Below are positions 13,292-26,392 of a stretch of DNA of 64,000 nucleotides, in pieces. The DNA is from Lingula anatina. Lineage: Eukaryota; Animalia; Brachiopoda. How positions within the stretch are numbered: the first letter of the stretch is position 1; every line of letters begins with the position of its first letter. The notes beneath the pieces were generated by a model. The model saw only the letters and a program-made list of their open reading frames with translations, did no database searches and was not told the DNA's origin. Both the position numbers and the translations under genes were made by a program. Location: assembly GCA_051362555.1 (NCBI GenBank), contig CM120644.1, positions 5,464,954 through 5,528,953 of the forward strand. Reading direction: 5' to 3'.

Positions 13292-13687
13292 ATGGAACCG
13301 GCTTTAGCAAGCACAAGACAGAGAAAGGCGAATTGGACCCAGGCAGAGACATCTCTTTTGATTGAATTGTGTGAAAATAATCACACAGTGATTAGAAACA
13401 AACACACTTCCACCTTGGACAACAAGGCCAAGGTGGAATCGTATAAGCCATTGCCACAGAAGTGTCATCAGTTGCTGTCTCCATGCGAAGTGCAGCAGAG
13501 TGCCGTGAAAAATGGAGGTACCTCGTTTCATCAGTGAAAAAGCCACACAGTGACCTTAAAAAGGCCACAAAGCAAACTGGAGGGGGTCCACCACCCCAGG
13601 AGCTAAGTTCATCTCAATCAAGCATTGTAAATATCTATGCTGGCACTCCAGCATTTGGCGGTTTGCCAGGAGGAATGGACACAAGTG
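13292..13687 (+). pseudogene. Harbinger Myb/SANT-like DNA-binding protein, frameshifted and 3'-truncated
   Basis: RKANWTQAETSLLIEL...; RSAAECREKWRYL...KQTGGGPPP; frameshift near 13450; GTAAG donor at 13688. Confidence 0.85.
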
Positions 13688-14072
13688 GTAAGATTCATTT
13701 TCTTTTACTAACAAAAAATTATTAACTAAATAACAATAAGTATTGTGAAGTATTCTAAATAAATATACATAATATTGTCCATCTTGTATAATCTGTAAGC
13801 TCTTATGTGTTCAGCTCCATAAAATAAAAACTCTTAATTAATTGTCGGATAACGCTAATTATTTTTCAATATGGCATAGTCATGAAAATAATGAGAAAAC
13901 AGGCCACATTGTATTAGTTGTGCCTCAGTAATGTTTACAATTTGCAGTGGAAGGGCAAGGCCGTGACACACTTTCTAACAAAATGGCTGACTGGCAGATC
14001 CTGACCATAGAAATGTAGATTTTTTTCGTCGCTTTAAAAGGTATGTTTTTAGTAAAAATAAAAGTGAATTAC

Positions 14073-14651
14073 CTTTGTGATCACAAACAGCTTGGATGTT
14101 TATGCTGTGGAAGCCTCTCCTGTTGACAAAGTCAGCTCCATGTTCAGTTGGGGCCTGGATTTTTACGTGTGTGCCGCCGATGCATCCGATTACACCGGGC
14201 ATTCTTCCCATCTCGAAAAAAAAAAAAAAAAACTCTTCTTACTTCTCCTTTGGCAATAGGTGTAGAGGGTGATTTAATGAAGTCGTCCTTTCTTCTACAC
14301 AGTGCTTCGGACACACGAGCCAAGTGCTATGCGGCTCACTGAAGCTTTGCTCACTCCGTGAGTGTCGCCGGTAACCAGCAGCATGGAAACAGTTGCGTAA
14401 AATCGCAGAGCAATCATTACTTGGTCTCTCGCGGAGATTGCATACGTTCTGTTGGTTGCAGGCGCGCCGTTATCTTTTATCAAATCTGTTATATAGTCAA
14501 TAGAGGCCTTCCTGAAGCGCAACCTCTCAATGGACTCCGTATCAGTCATAGCGTCAAAAACAAAAACACCTCTTCTGAATGTTCTCTCTCTAATCATTCT
14601 ACGTCTGTGAAATCTCATAGGATTTACAGCTAAACCAACCAGACTCGCCAT
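14073..14651 (-). pseudogene. Harbinger (HARBI1-family) transposase, 5' part, disrupted
   Basis: RLRFRKASI...ALRFYAT...GDTHGVSKASVSR and [17 protein letters not shown]...[17 protein letters not shown]; the catalytic DGTH reads GGTH; frameshifts. Confidence 0.9.
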
Positions 14652-15150
14652 CTTGCTTGATTTAACAGCTTGATAGCAGATTTATCCCACCTATTTTGAG
14701 CGGACTACTTTATACTCTGGATAAGCTGATTTATCTCCTGGATAACGCTATCCACTGTTGATGAAACGCGCTATCCTCTGGTAAGCTCTATCCAGAGGAT
14801 AGCGGCCATATTTATCCAGAGGATAGCGCTTTCCAGCCTTGATGAAATCGGGGCCCAGGTTGCTCGGGAGCCTCGAAGCAAGGACATATTACAGTGTATG
14901 CTGTAGGCCACGAAGCAAGGGCATATTACAATGTATGCTGTAGGTAAGCTGTCTCACCTAACTTTATATAGTTTACAATAAAGCGTAACAATATAACTAC
15001 AATGTAGACATTTGATTATAGTAAAGTCACACATATGTATTAAGAAGCACAGAAAACTGGATGGCATTTCTGCTCATGATGTGATCCTAAGGTAAATGAC
15101 AATTGGACATTGTACTTATGAAAATAATGTTTTATCCAGATAAACCTTAC

Positions 15151-15280
15151 CTTGCTTGTTCGGACTGAAGTCTGCTCCAGCAATGAGACGTCCCGGAACA
15201 GGTTTTGTTCACATATATAGGCCTAAATTGTCACTGTCATGGCCATGGCGACTGAGGTGACACAAATGAAACTATCCAAT
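15151..15280 (-). promoter_or_regulatory. Promoter and non-coding first exon of EGF gene copy C
   Basis: CCAAT box, TATATAT, TCATT Inr-like motif about 30-35 bp downstream, AAG/GTAAG donor; conserved in three copies. Confidence 0.6.
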
Positions 15281-15493
15281 CACAGCAATTGTTAATATAA
15301 TCATACACTAGTATGTTTAATGTTAACGGTATAGCTCTTAATGATATACGTTACACTACTTGTTTTGATCAGGAGTTAAGAAGGCGTGTTCAAGCGCATT
15401 CTGCTTGGCTTAAAGACATTTTTATGGAACACTATGTAGAGTAAGGATGGCAAAACAATCATTGCATCTGATACGCAGATCATTCTCACACAC

Positions 15494-15539
<46 letters not shown>

Positions 15540-15759
15540 AGTGACAACACATATTAATTTTGTCGACTGCAAATATTTACCAGTAGATGTTATTTACCAC
15601 GGACGATGAAATAAACTATTGAAATATAAATCCACCAGAATGAGGGCATCACGTTCATAAAAATGTAGTTTAGCTGGCAATCACCCATTTTTCTTTCTTC
15701 TCACTCTCTCCTCTCATTAGTTTGTCTAACTCAAGCACGACAACCACCCCTCCATCTGG

Positions 15760-15805
<46 letters not shown>

Positions 15806-15809
<4 letters not shown>

Positions 15810-17023
15810 GGTCCATATATTGAAATAAAACATTTACAAATATTCGCAGTTTACCATTATAGATAGGAGAACATTACATTAATTGAACGGGAATGTGGGC
15901 AAATGTACTTAATTGTTTAGTTCCATTTCACAATTCTCATCACAGTTGACTTGTGGCCTGACACAAAATATTCAACATTATTTCAATCAGCCATTATGAA
16001 TACATGAGGACAAAATCCCAACACAAATCTAATTGAGATTATGTGGTAAATCAATTAGGGCAACCCGCACGAAAACGCAGTAGATACTCCAGCGCAGTAG
16101 ACTAATGCAATCATACGTACTGCAAACATGCCTCAAATCTGCTTCGATTTGGGAGCTAATAAGCATATTTGAAACATGCTTCTATCATGCTGCTACACTA
16201 CTGTATTAATACTCCTCTCTGTACAAACCTATGTACTTTTTGGAGTAGAATTGCAGTAGGCTATGCTGCATTTCTACTGCAAATGTGCTCCACACCACTG
16301 CTGCGTTAATACTTCTTTGCTACTTCGATACTACTGCATTTTCGTGCGGGAACATAAGCCTTTCCCCACTGTAGGACCTATAGGAAACTGGCCAAAATCC
16401 CACTGGGTCCAATGAGACACATATAGTAGATCTGAAGGCCGTTTGATAAAATCCCTATAGAGACCTATGGGAGGTTCTTTTGGAAGTTTTTGTAGCCATC
16501 TCCCTTCATTTCCGATTTGGACCCTGGAACCCACTACCAGAGATCCATCTACTGCTGCTGCAAAATCGGTTGCAGGTACTTGACCAATATTTGAGACCGC
16601 TAACGCAACTCGACGGCATCATCCATCCGGCGTCTGTTAGCAAATAGGTGGACCTAGTTTCAGAAGCTTCAAAACAATCTCGAAACTAAAAGTTGAATGG
16701 CAAATTTAATTTCTTGGGGGATACCCCCTAATATGGTCACAGATTGATTGTCACCAGATATTCACAGATATGACTATGGCTTATTTCTGACACAATCTTC
16801 CGTCAAAATGTACACCTTATTAATCTGTGGCCCTGGTAAAGGGTTCATGGGCAGAAGGTTGTTCTCAACCATTGTTTTAAGGCCTGTTCTATAGTCAATT
16901 TCAGAAGAATACGCACCTTTCCCACGTCAACCAAACCACCATCATAGATAATTATTTTTATTATTGTTGTGATTGTCGGATCTTAGTTTGGTTGAAATGA
17001 CAATTACCGCCACCTCTCACCAC

Positions 17024-17083
<60 letters not shown>

Positions 17084-17315
17084 AACACACGCACACACAC
17101 ACATACAGTGACTCATATCCTGATAAACATTTACCAATATCCCCAGTTTACCCTTAAAATTAAGTGAAACTGCTGAAAAACAAAACATTAACTTAACAGG
17201 AATAAGGGCAAATGCAATTAACTGACTAGTCCCATTTCACGCTTATCTATACAGGTGACTTGCAACCAGACACAAAATATTAAATAATTATTGTCGGCCA
17301 TTATGAATATATTAC
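15806..17315 (+). repeat. Locally amplified (CA)n-anchored repeat unit (possible fossil exon), forward copies
   Basis: Core aaacatttaccaatattcgcagtttacccttatag...gtgaaactgctgaaaaacaaaacatt recurs 12 or more times in the window. Confidence 0.8.
16064..16350. mobile_element. CCC...GGG MITE copy 2 (TSD AA)
   Basis: Same family as 3733-4039; empty site in the paralogous unit near 34998. Confidence 0.8.
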
Positions 17316-18078
17316 GTTATGGGTGACTTTAATGACAAGGTCGGGATAAACCTGGATAAATAAGATAATTCCACAGGGAATTTTGGTAGTGGAGAAAGGA
17401 ATGGGGAGGGAAATGTTGATACGATTGGCCATGGCAAACAAGATTAAGATCATGAACACCTTCTACAGAAAGAAAAAAATAAGAGGATGGACATGGGAAA
17501 GTCCAGACGGTAAATAAAAGAATGAAATTGATTACATCATGACAAACAGACCAAACATATTGACTGATGAGAAAGTACTAAACAGACTAAACATTTGTAT
17601 CGACCACAGAGCTGTCTTGGGATTGATTCGGATCAATGTCAGGAAGGATGGAAGAATGTAAATATGATCATACTGCTCAAAAAGCGTAACAGAAAAGACA
17701 TGAAGAATTACAGACTCATCTGCTTATTATCAAACCTGTATAAGATTTGTACCAATATTTTTTACTCAAAGGCTAACAAAAGTCTGAATTAAGCACAGCC
17801 AAAAGAATATGCAGGTTTCAGAAGCTTGTACACCACAACAGATCACGTGCATATTGTCAACCAGCTGAAGAAAAATGTTATGAAGACAACCAGGCTCAAC
17901 CACCTCATGTTTGCAGGTGACATCGTAGTGGAAGCAGTTGTCCAAACGATCTACAGACAACACTAGAGGCCCTAGAAGATGAAAGCCTCAGGTGTGGGTT
18001 AAACATAATACCAGAAAGACTAAAGTAATAGGAGAAATGAGACAGATGCAATAGAAGAGTATGTATAACTTGGGCAAG
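17316..18078 (+). mobile_element. RTE-clade non-LTR retrotransposon remnant (APE endonuclease and RT pieces)
   Basis: MGDFNDKVG, IMNTFYRKK..WTWESPDG..NEIDYIM, KNYRLICLLSNLYK, AGFR, NHLMFAGDIV; stops and large deletions. Confidence 0.85.
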
Positions 18079-19320
18079 TACAGTTATGTCCTATTTCTCA
18101 GTATCGGTCACGTGTAAACTTGTTTTTGATACATTATCTTTTTGCGTGATCACCAGAACTTCACCTTGAATTTGTCAATTAACTATCAAAAATTCCTCAT
18201 AATACGATCTCTGCCAACCCAGCTTTGAACTAAATACTGGTATCTAAAATATTATTTCCAATACACCATTAATTTGATACATCCATAAGTTCAGTCTGCA
18301 GCTGTTGCGCACGTGATTAAATTTTTCGATTGAGAAAATTACCAATCAACTCAAATTTCATCTGACTTAAACAGTATTCATCTAACATAATAAATTGTCT
18401 TTCACAGCATTTTCCTTAATGTCTCTCTTTATATATATATATATACCTGTTTATCTATCTATCCATCTTTCTATCTATCTCCTTCTATCTCAATATTTCA
18501 TCACTCAGTCATGTGACTGCTTTTCGGGTCTTACATTTGCTTTGAGAAAATAACAATTATAGCCACCACCCCTGTTTCTCGCTCTGTATCTCTGTCTCTC
18601 TCTCACACACACACATGGGCGTCTGCATGTGGCGGGGGTCAATAGGTCACTTAATCTCCCTGGAATTTCGGAACTGCATTTTTATAACTGGTACCCAGCC
18701 AATAATTATCCCCCCCTTCAATGACTTTTTCAGCGGAAAATTTCAGCGGACACTCATGCACACTTACACACAAATACACACACACACACACCCACACACG
18801 GTGACACATAAGTTGACACAATTTTTTTTTAATATTCACTATTTACTATTTACCCTTATAGAAAGGTGAAACTGCTGAAAACAAAACATTTATTGCACGT
18901 GAATGTGGGCAAATGCACTTAACTATTTAGTTCCATTTCATGTTTCTCTACTCGGCTGACTTGTGGCCTGTCACAAATATTTCAGCACTTTATAGCTGGC
19001 TATTTTGAATACATTACAACAAAATCCCCAAACAAATCTGTGTGAAGTTATGGGATAACTCTATTAAAGTACAGTAGGATAAGATATACCCTTCCCCACT
19101 ATACAACTTACAGGCACCGTAATTGGGCAAAATCCTTTTTGGTTCTAAGAGACAAATGTCCTAGGCAGGTGTTGCTACAGGCAGGGGCTGTATAGGACAT
19201 TCTTTTTGAAATTTTCGTAAGGAGATCTCATTTCACTTACGACGTACGATATTCCAGGGAAGTATTACCAGTGGTCCATCTACCTGATACAAAATCAGGT
19301 GAAGGGCCTTTGGCAGATGA
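18078..19320. repeat. Block duplicated in inverted orientation at about 38440-39625
   Basis: Colinear reverse-complement match, including the short catggg...catg element inside a (CA)n tract. Confidence 0.8.
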
Positions 19321-19506
19321 GATGGAGAGAGAGCAGTAACTGTCATTTATTACAAATGTACGTTTTACCCCCTTTCAGGTACATTTGAATTCAAATAGGT
19401 CCGCCATATGTAGGTCGCGGCCTTACTAGACCTCGGTTCTTCTCGATGTGAATGCCCCCAAAGAGCTAGAAAAGAAATGGCAGTGAAAATTATTATTTAC
19501 TGATAC

Positions 19507-19810
19507 TGTTACGGGTCAAAGTACCCAATGCCAGCAAAAATCAATGACAAAAGATTTAAAGAATTTTTAATATTTTATTAAAACTAAATAAACTAATGAC
19601 AATAACAATAAGCTATTCTTAATACACAAATAAACCTATCTGAAAGCATGAAGTGTCCTGTGTGAAAGTCCGATGTGAATCCGTCGACTGGAGAGTGAAT
19701 GGAGATAAATCGGCTCAAAGTTCAGTGAAAGTGTCTGATGAAATCCCACAGTAATTACGATGCAAGTTCCAGTAGAAAGTATGAGTGTCGGTTCAGTGGT
19801 AAATAGGTTC

Positions 19811-19906
<96 letters not shown>

Positions 19907-20041
19907 TCCTTCAAAAGTCCCAAAACAAAACTCAGTCTCCTATCCGTTCATACTCCCAGTGTCTGTCTAAACTAACGCTCTCGAGATACTCATGCTCTCG
20001 CGATATGGTGACGTCATAAGCTGACCTACTTATACACAACA
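19507..20041 (-). repeat. 3' LTR (535 bp)
   Basis: TG...CA termini; preceded on the minus strand by the PPT AAGGGGGGAGG; contains an A-run plus (AT)n. Confidence 0.95.
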
Positions 20042-20052
20042 CCTCCCCCCTT
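20042..20052 (-). other. Polypurine tract
   Basis: AAGGGGGGAGG on the minus strand immediately before the 3' LTR. Confidence 0.85.
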
Positions 20053-20116
20053 AAAAAGTTTGAATATCAATGAAAACTTAAATTTTACACTCTAAATAAT
20101 GCATATATATGTCCAA

Positions 20117-23100
20117 TTATGACACTCTTGAAAGGGCATCTGCAATGACATTGTCTTTGCCCTTAATATGTTTAATAACAATATCATACTCTTGTAACAA
20201 CAAACTCCACCTTGTCAGTCTCTGATTCTTATTTGACATTTTGTGCAAAAATGTGAGTGGATTATGGTCTGTGTAGACATGAATAGGATGTAAAGTAACA
20301 TTCAAATACACATCAAAGTGTTGTAAAGCTAACAACAAAGCAAGACATTCTTTCTCAATAGTAGAATAGTTTTTCTGACATTTTGTAAGTTTCTTTGAAA
20401 AGTAAGAAATTACTCTATCTACATTGTCATCATTTTCCTGGAATAAAGCAGCTCCTATTCCTACATCACTAGCATCAACAGCAATTTAAATTGCCTCTCA
20501 AAATCTGGAGCTGACAAAACTGGACTACTCATAAGGATTGCCTTAATTTTTCTGAAGGACTCATCACAGTCCTTTGTCCAATTAATAAATATCACCCTCT
20601 TTTTTAAGAGGTTAGTAAGTGGACTAACAACAGAGGAAAAATTTGGGTAAAATTTTCTGTAAAATCCTGCCATACCTAGAAATCTCATCAATTCTTTCTT
20701 GTTGGTAGGAACTGGAAACTCTAAGATGGCTTCTACTTTAGCCATGATAGGTGTACTTAAACCCTGACCTACTCTGTGACCTAAATACTCTACAGTAGCC
20801 TGACAAAATTCACTCTTTGCCAGGTTCACAATGAGATTTGCTTTCACCAGTATGTTGAAGAATTCACGCATAATCTGGAGATGCTCCTTCCAGGTGTCAC
20901 TGTAGATAATGACATCATCAATATAGGCTTCACATCCCTTAAGATCACGCAGAAGTGAATGAATCATCCGTTGAAACGTGGCTGGCGAGTTCTTCATCCC
21001 GAATGGCATAACTTTGTACTGGTACAATCCATCCGGAGTCACAAATGCTGAAATTTCTTTAGCTCTGTCATTTAAGGGTACTTGCCAGTAACCCTTCAGC
21101 AAGTCAAATTTGCTGACAAATTTCGCACTGCCAATTCTATCTATGCAATCATCAATTCGTGGGATAGGATAGGAGTCTGTTTTGGTAACAGAATTTACTT
21201 TGCGGGAATCTGTGCAAAAGCGATAAGTCCCATCTGACTTTGGGACAAGAATGCATGGTGAACTCCAGCCACTACTGCTTGGTTCAATAATGTCATTTTC
21301 CAGCATATATTGAACTTCCTTTCTCAGATACTGAAGCTTTATTGGATTCAGTCTGTATGGGTGCTGTTTGATAGGCTGAGCATCCCCTACACTGACGTCA
21401 TGAAGAGCAGCATTCGCCTTTTTTGGAACATCAGGGAAAATATCCTGGTAGTCAGTAATCAATCGTTGAACCTCTTCTTTCTGATGACTGGTCAAATGTT
21501 CAAGTTTCACATCAAGGTCTCTCAGGATTTCAGAATTCTTCAAATAAGCACTTTGATTAAAGTCATTTTCACTGGTGTCCACACCAATTTCATTTTCAGT
21601 ACATGACTTAACATTGGTCACAGTTGAAACGGATTCTACTGACTTAAAATCACTCCTATCAACATACTTTTTCAACATGTTAACATGACACACTCGCTTT
21701 TCTTTTCGCCTGCCTGGTGTCTTAACTACATAGTTAACATCACTAATCTTGCTTTCAATTTCGTAAGGGCCAAAATATCTGGCTTGTAAAGGTTGACCAT
21801 TGAGAGGTAAAAATACCAGTACTTTTTCACCTGGTTTGAACTCTCTGTTACTAGCATCTTTATCATACCATGTTTTCATTTTTGCTTGAGAACCCTTGAG
21901 ATTTTCTTGAGCTAATTTACAAGCACTGAATAATCTTTCTTTGAAAGTAGACACATAGTCTAAAAGATTGAGATCACTAGTCTCAGTCAACCATTGCTCC
22001 TTCAATAATTTCAATGGTCCCCTGACAGTATGACCAAACACTAATTAAAAGGGACTGAACCCCAGGGACTCCTGCACAGCTTCCCGTGCAGCAAACAACA
22101 CAAGGTGAACCCCTTCATCCCAGTCCTTTTCATTCTGGTAACAATGTGTTTTTTTCATGGTTTTGAGGGTCTGGTGAAAACGCTCCAGTGCACCTTGAGA
22201 CTCAGGGTGGTAAGCAGAAGACTTGTACTGCCTAATACCTAATTCATGCATGACCTGCTGAAACAACCCTGACATAAAGTTTGAGCCCTGGTCTGACTGA
22301 ATAGCCTTGGGGATACCTACAAAACAGAAAAATTTAGCAAGGGCCTTGACTATGGTCTTTGTTTTAATATTCCTCAGAGGTATAGCTTCAGGGAACCGAG
22401 TGGAGGTACACATAATGGTAAGTAAATACTAATTCCCTGACCTAGTTTTAGGCAAAGGTCCTACACAATCAACTAACACCCTACTTAAAGGTTCCTCAAA
22501 GGCTGGAATGGGTTGCAGGGGAAAAGATGGTATTTTCTGATTTGGTTTTCCTACCATCTGACATACATGACAAGACTTGCAAAACTCAGACACATCCTTT
22601 CTCATCTTTGGCCAATAAAAATGACTCAAAATTCTGATACAGGTCTTATTTACACCTAAATGACCTGCCATAGGGGTGTCGTGAGCTAAACTCATGATAT
22701 CCTTGCGATATACTACAGGAACCACTACCTGGTGAATAATACGCCACACCTCGTCAGGTGATGCATCAGGTGGACGCATTTTTCGCATAAGGATGCTGTC
22801 TTTGAGGTAAAAACACTCTCCGACTTTTGCTGTTTCTTCCATTGGAAGAGCTCTTTTAGTAAGTCTGACAATATCTGGATCTTTACTTTGTTCCAACAGT
22901 AACTGTTCACGACTGAGGGTGTCCTTACCCTTGTCAAATGACAAATCAGACTCAACACTAGATGCCTTCAGAGACACATCAATGTCAACTGGCACTTTGG
23001 TTTCATATGACTCTACAGGTAAACTGTCATCAATGGTTGTCATAAACGTTTCACTAAGTGAAATTTCTTTAAGTGGATCAGCTTTATCCACTACTAGAGT

Positions 23101-23607
23101 ACCATCAGCCTCAGCCTTTTGTTTTGAAGCCATTGCCCTAGTAACAACACAGGCTGGGTACAAGTCGTCTTCATCATCATCAGAAACGACATCAGAAATT
23201 GTTTTCTCACAAACAATGGGATCAGGTATCACTTTACCACCTGCTAAATCGTTGCCTAGCAACAAGGAAATGTCTTGAATGGGAAGAGTAGGTCGAACAC
23301 CTACAATAACTGGTCCAGTAGCTAAATCTGACTTCAGATAAACTCTGTGAAGGGGAACATCAATGACACCTAGCTCAACACCCTGTAATAAAACTGAACT
23401 ATCAATAGACGTCTCCTCAGACAAAGGCAACACGCCCTCTAACAGCAGAGTCTGGGCAGCTCCAGTATCTCTCAAAATCTGAACAGGTAAAGCTTTGCTA
23501 GAATCACTGAGTGAAACAAATCCCTGAGACAAAAAGGGCTTATACTGATCCTCCACAGGTATCAACAAAACTGGACTTTGAATCCTGGACATCAGGAGTG
23601 TCAGCAC
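20117..23607 (-). pseudogene. pol: pol: protease, integrase (HHCC, DDE, GPY), RT, RNase H; interrupted
   Basis: ILRDTGA; AHD...GHLG...CKSCHVC; VDCVGP, SDQGSNF, GALERFH; FGPYEI; FDLLKGYWQ, MPFG, YIDD; YTDHNPL, ADALSR; in-frame stops at 22429 and 22045 and a frameshift near 20480. Confidence 0.95.
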
Positions 23608-24782
23608 GTAACAAATCTAAGGCTTTCCTATCATTTCTTAAAGCTGCACAGGCATTTGTCTGCCGCTTTAGAAGGTCATTTTTCATCTTAAGTTTGATGC
23701 ATTCACCAATGAGATGACCCTTTTTCTTGCAGTAATTGCAAGTTGGGGATGACCCTACAGTTTGAGGTGACTTAAAACGACCCGGCTGTGGGGTTGTGGA
23801 ACCACTGTAATGTGGTGACTTGGGACAGAGAATATTGTTTTTGGGAGACTGGATGGGAGACTGAGATCTACATGTAGGTACAAAGTTTTTCTTATGGGTT
23901 AGTGCGTATGAATCCGAAATAACTGCTGCTTGCTCAAGAGCTTCAACATTCTTGTCTTCTAAGTGGATTTTTAGATCTTGGGAAACACATTCCTTAAACT
24001 CTTCTACTAGAATAAGTTGACGTAAATTTGCAAAATTCTTTTCACACTTTTTGGATCTAAACCACTTATCAAATAAGTCTTCTTTCTCTCTAGCAAATTC
24101 TACGTAAGTCTGAGTTTCTATTTTCTTCTGTTTCCTAAATTTTTGTCTGTAAGCTTCTGGCACCAATTCATATGCCTTTAAAATAGCCGATTTCACCTTT
24201 TCATAATCTGAGCTTTCTGCTAAACTGAGAGCTGAATACACCTCAGCAGCTTTCCCTACCAAAACACTTTGTAAAAGTGTGGGCCATACTTCAAACGGCC
24301 ATTGGAGATGTTCTGCTATTTTTTCAAATTGTGGGAAAAATTTATCAACTGATTTTTCTTGGAAGTTAGGAACTAACCTAATGTTCTTTGCCGCATCAAA
24401 TTCATACCTGACATGTGAAGTTGATCTTTCACTGTGCTCTAATCTTAGTTTTTCCAACTGAAACTGCCTATCTTTTTTCTCTTTCTCTTTCTAACCTTTC
24501 TTTTTCTAACTGAAACTGTCTATCTATTCTTAACTTCTCCAGTTCAAATTCATACTCTGAAATGTTGGTTTCTGCCTTAACTATTGGCGGTAAATCATCA
24601 GACTTAAATATTTGTTCATCTACAAGTTTCTTCACTACTATTCCTCTAATCTCTTGTTTTTTCATGGATGATTTCACAACTAAATTGAAATGTAAAGCTA
24701 AGGCAACTAATTCATCTTTTTTCAAAGCTTCAAAGTCTGCCACCGTAGGAGATTGGAGAAATTCGGTGACAGAGAATACCAT
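23540..24782 (-). pseudogene. gag: gag with CCHC zinc knuckle, one frameshift
   Basis: FEKIA...WP...W.TLLQSVLVGKA, AYELVPEAYRQKFR, CNYCKKKGHLIGEC; frameshift near 24470. Confidence 0.92.
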
Positions 24783-24857
24783 GGTGGAATTGATTTCTGC
24801 TGGCTACTGTAGTAAATTTGCACACAAAAATTGCTACCGATAAGAAAATCTAAAATT

Positions 24858-24874
24858 TCCCGGACGAGCCCCCA
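24858..24874 (-). other. Primer-binding site complementary to the tRNA-Pro 3' end
   Basis: TGGGGGCTCGTCCGGGA just inside the 5' LTR, matching the known tRNA-Pro PBS. Confidence 0.9.
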
Positions 24875-24878
24875 ATTC

Positions 24879-25184
24879 TGTTACGGGTCAGAGTACCCAA
24901 TGCCAGCAAAAATCAATGACAAAAGATTTAAAGAATTTTTAATATTTTATTAAAACTAAATAAACTAATGACAATAACAATAAGCTATTCTTAATACACA
25001 AATAAACCTATCTGAAAGCATGAAGTGTCCAGTGTGAAAGTCCGATGTGAATCCGTCGACTGGAGAGTGAATGGAGATAAATCGGCTCAAAGTTCAGTGA
25101 AAGTGTCTGATGAAATCCCACAGTAATTACGATGCAAGTTCCAGTAGAAAGTATGAGTGTCGGTTCAGTGGTAAATAGGTTCCC

Positions 25185-25217
<33 letters not shown>

Positions 25218-25353
25218 CTCCTTCAAAAGTCCCAAAACAAAACTCAGTCTCCTATCCGTTCATACTCCCAGCGTCTGTCTAAACTAACGCTCTCGAGATA
25301 CTCATGCTCTCGCGATATGGTGACGTCATAAGCTGACCTACTTATACACAATA
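24879..25353 (-). repeat. 5' LTR (475 bp)
   Basis: Matches 19507-20041 except about 4 substitutions and the microsatellite; its terminal TG has become TA. Confidence 0.95.
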
Positions 25354-25656
25354 ATACCAACACGTAACGAGGAAAAACTCATGTCAATCTAACCAAGACC
25401 TTTCAAAAAATGACAAATATCAGAGCAAAATAAAGGAAATGAAGAAATTGGGTAGTCTTGGCCAGGTCACATACAGCGAGATCTCCCAATCATCAGATGT
25501 TAAACCAATGTTCTAAAAAATTCAACTACAAAAATTCTTAAAGAGCCCCTCAAAATACTACCTTGACTAATGAAAAAGCATTGACATTATCACCTACTCA
25601 CTGATCAACCAGCGGATCTGCTAAAACCTTTGGTGGGTCAGTTGATACATCATATT

Positions 25657-25909
25657 CAGGCCTACCAAGCAGCACCGAACGATCCTGAATTCACCTGTAA
25701 ATCGGACCACACTACCCGTTTTCAAGGTGTGCGTCAGTAAGCTTTTCGAAGTATTAGGCGCCACACTGCTCTTGCCTAGTATGCGATGTGATAGTGATTA
25801 TTCTGAGTGGGGTTGGAAAGTAGTGCATCCCATCTCAAAATTTGTTTGGAGGTATGATACTGTCAGTTGGGGATCATTCGGTGCCAAGTCTGGTAGTTGG
25901 ATAGGGTTG
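25657..25909. mobile_element. Short deletion derivative of the 11302-12502 element
   Basis: Shares caggccta..., aattcacc.gta.atcggaccacactacccgtttt and ends in ggtgccaagtctggtagttgg. Confidence 0.7.
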
Positions 25910-26392
25910 ATATACAAAATGCCAAACACTTGGTCTAAAATTGGAAAAGGTGACTTTGAAGGATGGGGAGGTATTGGCATATTTCGATGTGACAGCACTA
26001 CCAGTATTTTCTAATGTACCCGGAGATGAAGTGCTGCTTCTGGCCAGAGAAAGATGGCAGCTGGAATGATAATAGGACTAAGATGACACCAAAGGAATTT
26101 GGAGTCTGTATGATTTTCAGCAATGTATAACAAGATATAAATATAGAGCATTTTGATAATATTTAGTTTTCTTGTGTTTCTGCTACACTTTTATTTGTTC
26201 ATATCTGTTTCAATATGTATGACATTACTACAATGTGTAAAATTGTTATCACCTTTATGTAGTATGGAATAAGACAGGTGATATGTTTTGATATAGTCAT
26301 AATAGTCATCACCACTTAGAACAATATGTACAAAGTAAGTCTATAAGCTTACCTGATATTATTTTAGAGAAACCTGTTTGTCCTAACTGCTA

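Larger units (their letters stand above)
12967..14855. mobile_element. PIF/Harbinger DNA transposon, internally deleted
   Basis: TIR ggccc(c)g.ttt.atcaaggctgga; CAG TSD; empty site near 34047; convergent Myb/SANT and transposase remnants. Confidence 0.92.
19507..25353 (-). mobile_element. Full-length Ty3/Gypsy LTR retrotransposon, Gmr1-like (gag-PR-IN-RT-RH)
   Basis: Two nearly identical LTRs, ATAC TSD at 19503-19506 and 25354-25357, PBS, PPT, gag and pol domains. Confidence 0.97.

Noticed and set aside
16331-16534. Minus-strand readings of the amplified unit (ORF 16331-16534; PVGFWP as a LamG-like start)
   Set aside because: Not conserved as open frames across copies; composition looks like antisense of the opposite strand
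19636-19975. ORFs with IYIY, SLSL, THTH, CVCV, RERE or poly-F/K runs here and elsewhere
   Set aside because: Translations of microsatellites and homopolymers
21310-24843. Plus-strand ORFs inside the LTR element
   Set aside because: Antisense shadows of gag-pol
24858-24874. tRNA-Pro gene
   Set aside because: Only the 17-nt 3'-end match (PBS), not a full cloverleaf
25360-26060. Possible RTE LINE 3' remnant (WPGHIQR)
   Set aside because: A single short motif; too decayed to support a feature call
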